64,000 bases of DNA, taken from Amoebidium appalachense. Lineage: Eukaryota; Protista; Ichthyosporea. Of the stretch, positions 1 to 13,164 are shown piece by piece (the first letter of the stretch is position 1; every line of letters begins with the position of its first letter). Made by a program: the position numbers and the translations under genes. The stretch spans positions 504,097 to 568,096 of the forward strand of contig CAVNZM010000001.1 in assembly GCA_963693365.1 (NCBI GenBank), written 5' to 3'. The notes below the pieces were generated by a model, which had not been told where the DNA came from, made no database searches, and was given only the letters and a program-made list of their open reading frames with translations.

Positions 1-785
1 TTAACATGCAACACCACCTCATCTACATCATCATGCTCCCCAAACATGCGTGTAGTGTCTGTGTTTACAGAGAGAGCCTTACGATCAAACTCGAATTTTT
101 CCCTATCACTCACGTCACCAGCTACCTCACAAAGGTCTTCAAAGACCCGATATTCCCTCTCAAAGAATGCACGAGCTTCTACGGGGGACATATCTAAAGT
201 GGGAAAGGTATACTTCCTTTCACGTAGCTGGGCCCGGAAGGTACGGCGTCGGTCGGCCGTCAGGTATCGGCCGACGAGCCGGGCCGTATACTCGAGCTCG
301 TTTTCCGGCCGTGTGAAGGCCTCGAGCTCCCCGTCCACGTCGTCGGTGCTGTTCTCGTCCTCGTCGTCGGGGATGAACCGTGCGGCCAGACGTTTCTGGC
401 CGAGCGTCCGGGACACCATCTCGTCCCTCCCCTCGTCGTACTGCTGCTCGTATATACGAGCCGTCACCTGGGGGGCCTGCTCAGCCCGGTACGGGTGCTC
501 CTCCATCAGGGTGCATAAGTCGGCCATTGTTTTGTGGTCGATGCACTGTTTGATCATTAAGCACGAGGCCGCCACAGTGGGGGCCTTCTTTGTGTCTAAC
601 ACTAGTGTGGGTGTGTTAGCTAGGAGTGTCCTAAGCCACCTAGGTATTTCCGAGTCGTGTCTGAGTGTAAAACTGAAAGCTGTGGTCTGTCTAACGTCTA
701 GTGTATGAACCTGTGGTACCTGTGTGTGCAGGGAGCTATCCTCCGCTGCCAATGCGTAGAACATATCTACGTTAAACTTAGCCAT
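1..785 (-). CDS. Gag-like ORF (>=261 aa), runs off the left window edge; not in the ORF track
   Basis: Manual translation from ATG at 785 (MAKFNVDMFYALAAED...YRVFEDLCEVAGDVSDREKFEFDRKALS...) is open to position 1. The C-terminal part resembles retrotransposon gag helices; no LTR or PBS could be fixed. Confidence 0.45.
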   Translation of the reverse strand, partial: MAKFNVDMFYALAAEDSSLHTQVPQVHTLDVRQTTAFSFTLRHDSEIPRWLRTLLANTPTLVLDTKKAPTVAASCLMIKQCIDHKTMADLCTLMEEHPYRAEQAPQVTARIYEQQYDEGRDEMVSRTLGQKRLAARFIPDDEDENSTDDVDGELEAFTRPENELEYTARLVGRYLTADRRRTFRAQLRERKYTFPTLDMSPVEARAFFEREYRVFEDLCEVAGDVSDREKFEFDRKALSVNTDTTRMFGEHDDVDEVVLHV

Positions 786-1642
786 TGTGTGGTGTGTGCC
801 CGAACTCGTGTGGTTGTGTTTATGTTGTTTTTTTTTTTTTTTTTTCTGTGTGTTTGAGGTGTAGCAACAGCCCAGAAGGAACTGTCACCGCGTTACCCTA
901 GCGCGAAAAACCGCACTAAAAGAAAGGTGTAGCTTGTCGTATCCTAATGTATATGTACTAGAGACGCGGCACTCTACTAAGTGTACACACACGAAAAGGA
1001 ACGAACGTGTACGGAAAAACGGTAAAGTTTATTTAGACCAGGCTCCGACGGGCAAACTTAGATCCGTACGGAATGAGGCTAAGTCACAACTGAGGCCATC
1101 AAGGCCGTGCCCTCAAAGATCATCATCACCTGGCCCCCTACGATGCCACATTCCAAACATTCCGATCTACTTTTATCGTGCGCCTGCACGAGCTAAGTCG
1201 ATCTACTCAACTAATTATTTATTTATCCATGTCTCACCCCTCACCCTCCCCCTAGTGGCACCGCAGAGTCTAAATCTACATTTCATACTATCCTCCCCCC
1301 CCTCCCTCCCCCCTTTCCTCTACATCTAAATATATAAATACGTTTGGCAACATACCCTATCAAACCTTGCCAATACTTACAAAAGGGCTTCTGCCCGAAC
1401 AATCACATTCCTAAGTCCTCCTACGATCTATCCTACACACTAATTAGAATTCTATTGGTCGGCTGTCCCGGCTGACGTGGTCCAATGCCCTGCGCCGGCA
1501 GAGGCAAGATGCACGCAGCTGTACAGCTATCTTGAGGCCCCGGACTTGATCTTGATGATCTGTGGACCCGGGCCACCCCCCCCCCCCCCCACCCGATCTC
1601 GATCGTAGACTTAGGCTGATCTGCTGAGACGGATTAGTATAT

Positions 1643-3394
1643 GTCAGATTCTTTGAAGCTTGCTTACTTAGGTTATTTGCACATCACCCTAGGTTTCAAT
1701 ATATTCTTCACATACACCCATGCCAATCCGCTTTTCGTAAAAACAATTCATGTTATGTTCAAATAATGGCACTGCACGATTCTATGCAAGTTGGTGCACG
1801 ATATGTTGGCTTTATTGATTGGAAAACTGCTTACGATTCTGTCTCTCCTGGTCTCCTATGGGAAAAGCTTGCTGCACGGGGTGTACCACACTGCATTGGT
1901 GTTCTGTTAGAAGCACTCTTGTCTCAAACCTATGGTAGAGCTGTGGTTAATGGGCATCTTTCATATGGTTTTGCTCGTACTAGAGGTCTCTTGCAGGGTT
2001 CATTGCTTAGCCCCTTTTTGTTTAACCTATTTATAGATGATTTGGCTGTCAAGATTTACGCCGAAAACGATGACCCTATTAATAACTTTCCGCCTGCACT
2101 TCTCTATGCTGATGATCTGTCCCTCCTTGCCCGTACCCCTAGACGCCTGCAAAGATTGTTCCATGTAGTGTCAGAGTGGTGCAAGGCAAACCTTATGATC
2201 CTTAACATAGACAAATGTGGTGTTCTTGTACCTGATATAGCCAACAATTTACACACATTTACATTATCATCTAAACCTGTACCTATAGTTCCAGAATACA
2301 AATATCTTGGTGTTCCGGTTGATTCTGTTGGTGTTATGTTTCCCCATATGGTCGAAAAGAGGGTAGATTTGGCTCGTAAGCGGTTAGCTTTCTTCTCGGC
2401 TAATATTTTTAAAGACACACCCCTCCATCCTTCTATTAGACTTACATTTATTCGCACTTTTGTCTTCCCGGCATGTGAATATGGTTTACCCCTTCTCGCC
2501 GCTTGGATCAAGAAAGAGAGAACTAGAGCGCTTAAACCCTTGGCAAATTTCCTTGAAGCAGAAGTTGCCTCCTTTCTATCTAACAACTGTTGTAAACCTG
2601 GGCCTGTAACGCTCTCGATATATGGTCTGGTCCCAATAGCTGCTAGAGTATCCTATCTCGCGCTGAAATTCAATAAGCACCGCATAAGCCGCTTAAAGAA
2701 GTATTTGCCCTCCCACCCTCTCTTCTCTATCCGACCTGTCCCCTCCTCACCTCTCCCCTCTTTCCTCCCCTCTCTCTCCCCTTCTCCCCTGGGCACAAAT
2801 ACAAATAAACCCCGCAATAGTGTGTGTGTGACTTTGGACTGCCACTTACTTATTAAACATGTACACAATCACAAGATAATCACGCAATATAACAAATGGA
2901 AAAAGATTGACACCACACGACACTAGACCCGATGAAAGCATACACCTTGAAAAACTAAGCCTTATGTCTCGTTTTATATACTGACCGCATCAACCATATT
3001 GCCAAATATGGCACTCGCAAATGTATAACACCTAAATACATATTACCTTCCTGTAGAACTGGTCTTTCTCTAGCTGATGGTATTATTGATCAATTACCAC
3101 GCTTTTACTGTACACGTGCTATACAGTGGAGATCTAAATAAGTATAAGGTGGCATCATTTGCATGCCCAAACAACACACACACACACCAGTTTAACCGGC
3201 CATGTATCGCCAAATGTAGTTTGATAGACAACATAATACCGCAACACACACACGTCACATTCACAACCGACACCCAGAAAGATAGCCTACCTGTAAATTA
3301 CAACATCCTTGATTTTATACTAAACACGCGTAACTACGACCTGTTTATTAGATGTATTGATTGGCTTGAGAAACACATCACTACAAAATTATAG
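1643..3394 (+). mobile_element. 5'-truncated, frameshifted non-LTR retrotransposon (LINE) with RT and C-terminal Cys/His region, ending at a (CA)n tract
   Basis: The RT frame is open from ~1643 (RFFEACLL...CQSAFRKNNS) through FIDWKTAYDSV, GLLQGSLLSPFLFNLFIDDL, LLYADD and YKYLGV to the stop at 2926. Downstream frames carry ILPSCRT and CPNNTHTHQFNRPCIAKC. (CA)n starts at ~3395. Confidence 0.9.
1766..2926 (+). pseudogene. LINE reverse transcriptase ORF (partial)
   Basis: Canonical non-LTR RT motifs QGSLLSP and YADD. No endonuclease is seen upstream, and the C-terminus continues only after frameshifts. Confidence 0.85.
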
Positions 3395-3408
3395 CGCACG
3401 CGCACACA

Positions 3409-3464
<56 letters not shown>

Positions 3465-3465
<1 letters not shown>

Positions 3466-3494
3466 CCAGCTGATACCGAGTGTCCCAGGGGAGC
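3465..3494. repeat. 30-bp dispersed motif between (CA)n and an A-run; second copy inverted at 24964-24993
   Basis: accagctgataccgagtgtcccaggggagc versus the reverse complement of gcacccctgggacactcggtatcggctggt: 28/30 identical. Confidence 0.8.
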
Positions 3495-3516
3495 CCCTTT
3501 AAAAAAAAAAATTATA

Positions 3517-3548
<32 letters not shown>

Positions 3549-3654
3549 AATAATAATAATAATAAAAAAAACGGGGAACCCCAACTAATTGATTTCTCCT
3601 TGTAGTCTTTATGGTGTCTCGTAGAGAAAGTAAACCCTGATATATAGTCATATA

Positions 3655-3855
3655 TTCCGAGCAAAACCCCCCCCCCCATACCTGAGACTGGTTCTCTTTG
3701 CCTCGAGTAAACAGCGTAAACCCCATATAGTCATCACCCGACATCTATGTACGTGTTCATGATATACCGCTGAGGGGATATTTCGAGCAACCCCCCCCCC
3801 CCCCCATACCTGAGACTGGTTTCTCTTTGCCTCGAGTAAACAGCGTAAACCCCCG
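3655..3855. repeat. ~70-bp direct repeat, two copies
   Basis: cgagca(a)n(c)n-atacctgagactggtt(t)ctctttgcctcgagtaaacagcgtaaacccc at ~3657-3724 and ~3784-3853. Confidence 0.8.
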
Positions 3856-3931
3856 GTATAATATACCACAGGCGGCCACCATCGCGCAAACAATCCCCAT
3901 AGAATACATTATTCTTCTTCGTTTGTCTGTA

Positions 3932-3994
<63 letters not shown>

Positions 3995-4280
3995 TGCATA
4001 TATCCCACCGACGCTCTATATTTTTCCCGAAACTACATGTAATGGTGCACGTGGGGGCCGGGGGGCTCATGCTTCTAAGGATATCTTTCATATCTTTCTC
4101 TATTGATGAATTGCGTCAATGTATACGATAAATTCCTCTTTTGCCCATTTCGCCTCTTTCCTACTTTTTTTTTTGACTGTTGTTTAAATTCTTTTTATTA
4201 CATTAAATTTTTTTTTTGGCTGCTGCTAGATATAAGTAGGTGCTAGGTGGGCGCATTTCTCAATCAAAAAAAAGACTGCC

Positions 4281-4340
<60 letters not shown>

Positions 4341-5483
4341 CATATACTATATTAGTATATATATATACCTACATACATACAAACATATATCATGGATGTT
4401 TTATCATGGTCAGTTTATCATGTTGTTTGAAATCATGAAAATTGGCCATATTCTGATAGATTTAAAGAATTTTCTAGCATACACGTACACTTAAGGTTTT
4501 GCCCGCTGGTGTCCTTTGTCACTTGTCGCTTTATTTTTATTTCGTAGCTTTGGCTTTATCAGTTCTATTGGTGGTTATGTAGTCTGTGGCTGCACGTTGC
4601 CTTCATCAACGGATCAATAAAACCGAGTCAAAAGAAAAAAAATTCTAGGATTCATGATTATATCTATGTCGTCATTTGCTCCGCGTCTAGGAGTAGTGAT
4701 TGTTGTTTGTTGCATCTTATCTATGATATATTTCGAACAATTGTTGTCATTTTCATCAATATATCAATAAAGTGATTATAAGGTAAGGTTTTACAATCAG
4801 AAATCTTGGGGTTTTACGAGCACATCAATAAAGTCATTATAATAATAATAAAAAGGAATTACGTACTATTGCAGCCAGGTATAGGGTGAATGTGTCTTAG
4901 AGAGGATGATTGGATACCTAAGTGCGTTTCCATACAGACCCATCATCGATACCAGATGTCACAGCTGGCGGAAGCAATAATCGTGAGGCCAACGTTGCAA
5001 CGTTGTACTAGTGTTCGAACGTCTTCACTTTACCGTATGTGACAACAATCTACAGTGTACTCTTCACGAGGATACGAAAGACTACTCGTGCCGAAGAAAC
5101 AGGAGACTTTTCGCAGCCTTGACAAAAACTATTGTAAGTAGGCGAACCGCATATGCAAGCAAGCTAACTGTAACATTATTGCGACTATCAATAGGCATGC
5201 GCAAGCAAGATTACTGTAACCTGACTGCGACTATCAATATGCGTTGCAAAGTTGAGCATCTCGCAAAACTGGGCTATGACTACCATTGGGGCTCACTTTC
5301 GGTGTGTTGCAGTCGGTTTTCCATGTACTGTACACCTTATATGATGACAGTCGTTGTGCATCGAAACCAAACGTGTTCTTTTGTTAGGCATGGCATGAAG
5401 AACGCCAAAGCACTCAACAAGTTTAAAAATCTTCCCTCCGCAGAAGGCAGCTGTGGTTAGCCCCTGCCAGTGGGCCCCCAACG

Positions 5484-7590
5484 ATGACAACCTCTACTGT
5501 ATGCAATGTGCCTGCTGACGAGTCCTCCGAGTTTAAAAAGTCAGGGGTCGGACGTCGTACTCTCCGTTCGCAGCTTTTGAACAAAATCAAAACGTGGTTG
5601 GTTCGCGGTGTCGTCCTCTTCGCCATTTGGCAAAATTTTCTCTCTGGTAACGCCAACGATTCTGGTGGCATCAAACAACTCAACACGAGCACCTCACTGG
5701 AAAAGCAAGGCGGCACAGTACCCAGTACACTCGTATCAATATGGGTCAATGAGGCTGCATGTGTGAAGCGCCGATCCAGTTTGGCATTGAACGAAAAGCG
5801 CCGAATGCTCAGGGACTCCAGGTGGATATTGTTCAACGTGACTCGTCTCGGAGAAAACAGGGAACTACTGAACAACTGGCTGTCGCCCGCTGCCCAGTCT
5901 TGGCTAACAAACAGCTGCCCAGATGTTGTCGCTCACCATAAGCGTGTACCATACTTTAGACAACTCGACGACGACACCCTTCATCCAATTGTCGATGCCC
6001 AATATGCTGCTATGGGTGTATGCATGCTAAAACACCTAAACGATGAGCTAGAACGTCAAGGTCTTCAGTTCATCTTGGTCGTTGGTACCGCAATTGGCGC
6101 ACATCGGCATCACGGAGTGATACCGTGGGACGATGATCTTGATATTGCAGCGCCCCTCAGCCAAATAGAGGCCTTTATCGCAGTTCTGGAGTCCTTATCA
6201 GCAGGTAGGTGTTATGCTTTCGTGCCGTGTGCAACAGCAAGGTGTCAATGAGCAGCAGTAGGCATGCCTAAACGTTGCAAGTGTGCACATTTTGGTGCCC
6301 GGTGTTATACCCAAGGTGTGGGAAGCTGGTGCTGTAACAGAACAGCGTGAGGCACCATATTGTCAATATTAGCCCATGACCTAAGAGCTCTGCTAACCCA
6401 GGAACCCTATCAACACCTTTCCACGGCCTGATCGTTCAGCTAAAAAGTCTTCCAAGCTAGACACTATTGCGACTTGAATCACACAAAAATGCAGCATTGG
6501 TAGCCTCGGAAATTTCGTCACGTTTGCAAGGTTCTCAGGAAAAGAGATATGCGGTTGTGTTTGCATGGCTATTCATCAAATCATAGTACATCCCAAAACA
6601 AGGTGCACGGGAAGGCGGAGGGGGGGGGAGGGGGGGGGGGGGGGGGGGGGGGGGGCGACTGCTAACTCACAAATCCTTGCGAAAAATCATCTCCGATAAA
6701 GCACTCCAAAGTATGTGACCCCAGTTAACGTCCATACACAGGCTAGTCCTTGTTGTTGGTGTAACAAAACCAACTTTTGGTGGTAAAGTAGCATGTACTG
6801 CATAACCACGAATTAGTGCATTTTGCCTTAGTCTTATTCTCACCACAACGGCTTGTACTTTAGTGCAAGTGAGCAGTGAGCATGCCTACAAGATGGCTCT
6901 GCAACAGCCCTTTCCAAATCTCTCCAAACCAATTTCCTGGGGTGTTGAAAGTTGTTCAGAAAAACGCAGAAACGACGGGGGCCGTGTATGAATGTAAAAA
7001 GAAGTGTGTGTTCGGTATGTGTGCAACAGCCCGGCTAACACTTACATGTCAAAGCAGACGGGTTTCGGTGGAAGCAGATGAACCCCCAGAAGATCAAGAT
7101 GTGGCACGTGTTGACTCCCCATGTCACCAACCCGCACCCTATTTTTGAGTGGAATGCCCCCTGTGTCGATGTGTACTTCTACAAGGATCAGGAAAACGAG
7201 GCACCATGGTTTTACAAGGGTGATTGGTATCCCACACACTACCTGCGGAACACTCAGCGACTTTATTTTGGTGGGGCATGGCTGCCTGCTCCAGTACGCT
7301 CCTTAGAAACCCTGTCGGTGACATACGATGATTTGGTCTACTGTGTTGACAAAGGCTACAACCACCGCCATGAAACCACCCCCCTTTCGAATCCTTATTT
7401 TATGACCATTGATTGCTGCTATGTTGCAGAGAGAATCCCGTTCGTTTTTCGAGAAAGACACCTGTGGAACTCCACAGAGCCGTACAGGGGAGTAACCGAG
7501 GAGCTTAGGGTGGGGAACACTGCAATTCATAAGGTGGTTTATGACGAAAATGGTGTCGGCACTGTGGTGCCTTATCCCATCACTGCATAG
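5484..7590 (+). CDS. LicD-family phosphotransferase/nucleotidyltransferase, join(5484..6204,7058..7590), ~417 aa
   Basis: N-terminal hydrophobic anchor and the LicD signature GTAIGAHRHHGVIPWDDDLDI. GT donor at 6205, branch point gctaac at 7034, and cag acceptor at 7057 restore the frame into PCVDVYFY...FGGAWLPAP...L..TY. Confidence 0.85.
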
Positions 7591-8059
7591 GAAATATGTG
7601 CATCTGCCCATTCGCAGGCTTAGGACACCCCGAGGTCTTGCCAGTAAGTAATTGATGCCGATCTTTTAAAGCTAAATCTGCACTCGTATCGATGCCTTCC
7701 ATCACCCTCAACACACACGGATAACCATTTTTTAAAGCAGGCAACTTAAGTGTACTGTCCGGTCGGTAGAAATAGCAAACCATTAAAAGGAATTCTTTTA
7801 GTATTTCGGATCGGTCTTTCCGTATGGTTTAGCGCAATGTGATGGGCTTAATGGGCCCTGCTTGACGCGAAAGGCCAAAATTTCTGGCTACAAGAATCCT
7901 CATTCAAATAATATTGAGGCATGTCTCCTGCACAGTGTGTCTTCTGTTGTTATATAATTTATCTTGTTCAATTTGTGTCGTTTGTGTCTCTCCTCTGATA
8001 CAAACTGGATGGATGTAGAAGTAGAAAAGCTGATGCAAGAAAAACCGGAAAAGATGTAT

Positions 8060-8076
8060 TGGTGGACATATGTCGC

Positions 8077-8151
<75 letters not shown>

Positions 8152-8656
8152 AGGGAGGGGGGAGGGGTGAGTGTCCCGTCCTTGCGTGTGTGTGTGTGTG
8201 TGTGTCAGTGTGTGCGAGTGTGTGCAACCTGCTAAGAAAGAATGTAACGGTTCACATTAATGGGCCCACGGTGCTCTGTGCGCCTTTCTGTGCGAAAATG
8301 TGTGCAATGCCATATATCTGTGTGTGTATTTGGATTCTGTTTCGTTCGTCACTGGGTTTGTTCGTGTGTGTGGGTCCAAAAAAGGGGGAAAAAAAGAATT
8401 GCTCGCCCGAGAAAAAAGACCCACAGAGGACGGGGGGAGGGGGGGGGGGGGGGGGGGGGGGTGACGAGGGTCGGTGCGAACAGTGTCTGGGTGTACGTTT
8501 GGATTTTGTGTTCGTTTGTCACTGGAAATGTTTGTGACTGTGCGTGGTGTATGTATGTGTGCACGTGTGTGTATCACAATGTGTGTGTGTGTGTGTGTGT
8601 GTGTGCCTCCGTGTCACGGTGCACGGAGTGTGTGTCCTCCCCCATTTTTTTTTTTT

Positions 8657-8687
<31 letters not shown>

Positions 8688-8979
8688 GTGCGATATTGTG
8701 TGCATGTGTCTGTGTTTACATTTTAAGTTTGTGTTTGTTTGTCGCTTGGTGTAAACCTGTGAGAGTGGTGTGTGTGGGTTTGTGTGCACGTTTGTATCAA
8801 ACCTGTGAGAGTGGTGTGTGTGGGTTTGTGTGCACGTTTGTATCACAATGTGTGTGTATATGAGCCCTCATCCGTGTCACAGTGCACGGTGCGTGTGTGT
8901 CCCCCCCCCCCTCCCCCCCTCCCCCCCCCCCCCTCTACACACACACACACCACCACCACCACCACCACCACCACCATCG

Positions 8980-9022
<43 letters not shown>

Positions 9023-9458
9023 ACCCCCCCCCCCCCCCCCCAAAAAAAAATAAAAATAAAAATAAAATAAAAAAACTCCGCAGCAAAAAAAAACAAACGC
9101 TAAAAAACCCCCCCAACAGGGCAGAGGGGGGCTCACAGGAAATTTTTGCACCGGGAAATTTTTGCACTGAGACCGATACATGGGTCAGAAAATTTTTGCA
9201 CCACGCAACCTGCCCCCCCCCCCCCCCCCCCCCCCCCTCCTCTTCCCCTCAACACATGTCACAGACACCAACCCCACCCACACATCAGTCGTATGCACGT
9301 AATAGAACAGTGGGAAGGCTTGTGCGTGACCTGCCAATACAGGAGCCTATATACATATACATCACGATCATGATACATGACTTCGGCATGCCGTCGGAGC
9401 AACTGATTAGGGTCTAGAGTCTATGTTTCTCGGCCGTAGAGTTCACTGATTTAACTTA

Positions 9459-9490
<32 letters not shown>

Positions 9491-9573
9491 CCGCCGCGCG
9501 GTCCTGTGGGTCTTTTTCTGGGCTACGGGAGGTGCTCTTTTTTATTTATTTTTATTTTATTCTTTTTCTTTTT

Positions 9574-9608
<35 letters not shown>

Positions 9609-9899
9609 ACAAAACACACCCACACCGGGCACAGTGGCACGGACACAAACACAAATACGATGTTGTGATACAGACACATACACACATACAACTGGCACAT
9701 AAACACAACCAGGCACACAGATTCGACATGTACACACAAACATATGCACATTTTCGCACAGAAAGGTATATATGGGTATGATTGAGGCAGGTCACACCGG
9801 GCACCGTGGGCCTATTGATAATTTACAGTAAATCATGCACTTAATTTCCTTCTTAGCCTGTGGCACTTACACACACACACACACACAAACACACAGCGA

Positions 9900-9986
<87 letters not shown>

Positions 9987-10020
9987 ACACACATACACAC
10001 ACACACAGCGACATTTTCGG
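8060..10020. mobile_element. Degenerate foldback-like element with long inverted arms
   Basis: Left-arm motifs gctaagaa, ggcccacggtgc, cctttctgtgcgaaaatgtg and gtatcacaa recur in inverted orientation at ~9600-9870. The centre has three aaatttttgcac motifs. Ends are approximate. Confidence 0.5.
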
Positions 10021-10759
10021 TCTTATTGATCAACCTGTGGTAAAGTAGAAAACCTTCCCGGAGAACTTCAAGCTAACCAGAAAAGAAATACGATCTGCTG
10101 CCGTGACTTGAACTTGTTTATTGATTGTGCATAGGGTCGGAAGGCCACAACCCCCCCCCCCCCCCCCCCCCCCGTTACCATGATTTTTCCCCCATGTCAG
10201 CCTCGGTAGCCCCCAGAATATTTCGTAATTTTCTGTGGAAAAATCTAGTGCTAATTTTCATAGCCTACGGTTGCAATGGCCCCTAATTACCGTATAAGTA
10301 TGATCATATATAGGCGGTACCGTACTACATACTCTATTATAATGTTGTCTATATATCGTGAGATCCCGTTGGTAAATCGGTTGAACCGTGACACATGTTT
10401 TACTGACATGTTCCAACCCTCCCCCCTCCTCCCCCCCCCCCCCTCCCCGCCTTCCCCGCGTAAACTTATGACACTTCAGCCCCAGGTAGTGCCCGGAAAT
10501 GACATTCAGCAGAATAATATCATGGCCGTGATACTTAGCAAAATCTCTTACTTGCTTACCCAACATCAGCACTACACAACTCTCCTCCCAAAGACGCACT
10601 GCACTCAGGTGCTTGGTGATACAACCATTTAGGGTCACTTTAAAACCGTTCTAGAACATCAATTAATTTATCGCATCTGACCTTTCGGCACACAAACCAT
10701 TTACAATGCAATTGAAATTTCGTGAAGCATTTAGCACCCCAACACCAGCACACCCAGCC

Positions 10760-10806
<47 letters not shown>

Positions 10807-11221
10807 ATACACGTGCGCCGGCACACATCCATACATACATGACACACGGCACACACAAAGTCAGCTGAGAAACCTCCAATATTCACCCAAACAAAAAACG
10901 TAATAATACGGTGCAGTTAAATGGGAAGGTTACTGAGTTTGATGTTACCCTATCTAATTGCACTGCATAAGAGGACTTTCAGATACGGGCCGCAGTGAAG
11001 CTTTTTAGGTGATCCGTGCTGTCTATCGGCATGCAAAACCTGCTTGTGCAGAGCCGTGTGGCCCCTCCACGGCAGTGCCACTGTGTCCGTTACTCCTTTA
11101 ACATGTAACTACACAGTCAGGATGAAAATAACTTACCTATAATACAATTAGTTTTATTTGAGGTTTCTTGAAGGAAATTACCACCTAAGGAGTCACTGAG
11201 GCTACAGGAAACCGGCCATAT

Positions 11222-11300
<79 letters not shown>

Positions 11301-11398
11301 AATGTATTGTTTTCGGGCCCCATGCAGGTGGTGTGCGTATAATAGCAGCTTTCCGAACTATTTGGGGTACAATACGGACAGTTTTAAGGAAACCAATA

Positions 11399-11434
<36 letters not shown>

Positions 11435-12523
11435 GGGGGGCTCCCATATCCCCTCTCCCTTCTCCCCTTCTCACAGCTCCCCTGCGAGCGAGGGGGGAGG
11501 GGGGGGGGGGGGGGGGGGGGGCCGAACATAAAAATGCCCGGTGGATATGACGTCATTATGCCGTCATGATGTAGTGGGAATGTCAATTGCAAAATAATGC
11601 ATATGAATAAAAAGATAATTTCCGTGATGTTGGTCCTGAACCCAGTTTGTCCTGAAACCGGTTCAGGACAGAAAAAGGGACGAAGCAAACAGAAAGTAGA
11701 CACTTAAACTGCGAACGGCGTCCTTGAATAATATGTTAATGCTGCACTCATAAATGGTGCGCATGTTAATTCATAATTCAATTCATAAACAGGTAAAACT
11801 GCCAAGAGTAAAACCTCTGAGAAAGATCTCGGAGAAAGATCACGAACAGAGAAATAAAACATTCGATAAAGTATTTGCGCTCTCTCAGAGCCAGTGGTAG
11901 GAAATAAAATCAGATGGTGCACTGATCTAAGAGAATAACTGTTGTGAAATAGTAGACCCTGTATATCTCATCTGCAACGAAACCGTCATGAACGAATCGC
12001 AAGGCAGAAACCAATTAAGGAAAATTGCAACCTTTTCTGCCAAGCGTATCTGTTCAACGTTCATTGAAGTTCTTCCAGAGTATTTGAGATGACCGCGCCA
12101 AACTTGTGGAAAAGGGGAATCCTTCGGATAGTGATTGATTTGTTACAATGTTTAACATTTTCTATACCGTAGGCCTTGGTTGCAAGAATGTTAGTAAAGT
12201 ATTTTTTTTAATGTTTTTAAAGTGTTCTTTTTGGTAGTTTAATTTTATACTTGTTTTTATACTTGTTTGTTGTTTTTCAGCTCGTTTTTTATTGTTTATT
12301 TGTTGCTTTCTTCTGTCTTAACAAAGTGATCAATCGAAACTTTGCCTTCGAATTTCTTGTGCACGTGTACACTGTCTCCATATTTCTCTGTTTCTCTGTT
12401 GGAATACATGTACTGCTCGCATAAAATGTGAAACAGAATAACCAATAAAAAGAATCAGAACAACTTATGCTGTTAAATCAAGTATGGATGCCCAGAGTTG
12501 TTCGAATTCCAGGCTGTAGCAGC

Positions 12524-12565
<42 letters not shown>

Positions 12566-13164
12566 TCCCTCTCGGAGTCAGAGGCCATTGATTGATAGTA
12601 ATCATCGAACCTGGGGTGCTCACCACACCGACCATGTGCACCAAAAGCTCGAAGCACGTGTGGCATACAGTTGCCTTTATAAACAAAAATGATATGATAA
12701 GTCATAGCATTTACATATATTTGCATAAAAGTTTGCATACATTAGCATTTAAACAAGTTGATATATTTGCACTCATGGGCCGGTTCCCACCATAAAGGAG
12801 CGGTGCTGGATAAAAACAAAACAAAGGGTTTGAACAAAACAAATGAGCATTCCTATGTATTAAACCACCCTGACATACAATCGGCTTTGTAAGCACTTAA
12901 GACATGCCTATCCACGTCGTATAAAAGGTGCAAAAACAACGTGGCTATAGTGTGTGATGTGCAAAATGGCGGTGGTGAACACTAAAGAGAATGTAGTGTA
13001 TGCTCTCCATATGCCCGGTGGAAAAAAATGCCCCTGAGCCAAACCAGAAGAGCCCCGTTGTTCGGGTCATATGTGCATGTGAATTCAGCCTCCAAGAGAT
13101 CTACATTGTGTCATCATTGAAATTCAGGTAACCCGTAATGTTCCTCACTTGGCTACTTTTTTAT

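Noticed and set aside
46-708. 220-aa plus-strand ORF
   Set aside because: Ser/Arg-rich antisense shadow of the minus-strand gag-like frame.
928-1352. Candidate LTR upstream of the left-edge gag-like ORF
   Set aside because: TG...CA ends can be picked, but no recognisable PBS or second copy lies within the window.
11704-12130. AT-rich unique stretch with short minus-strand ORFs
   Set aside because: No identifiable homology by eye.
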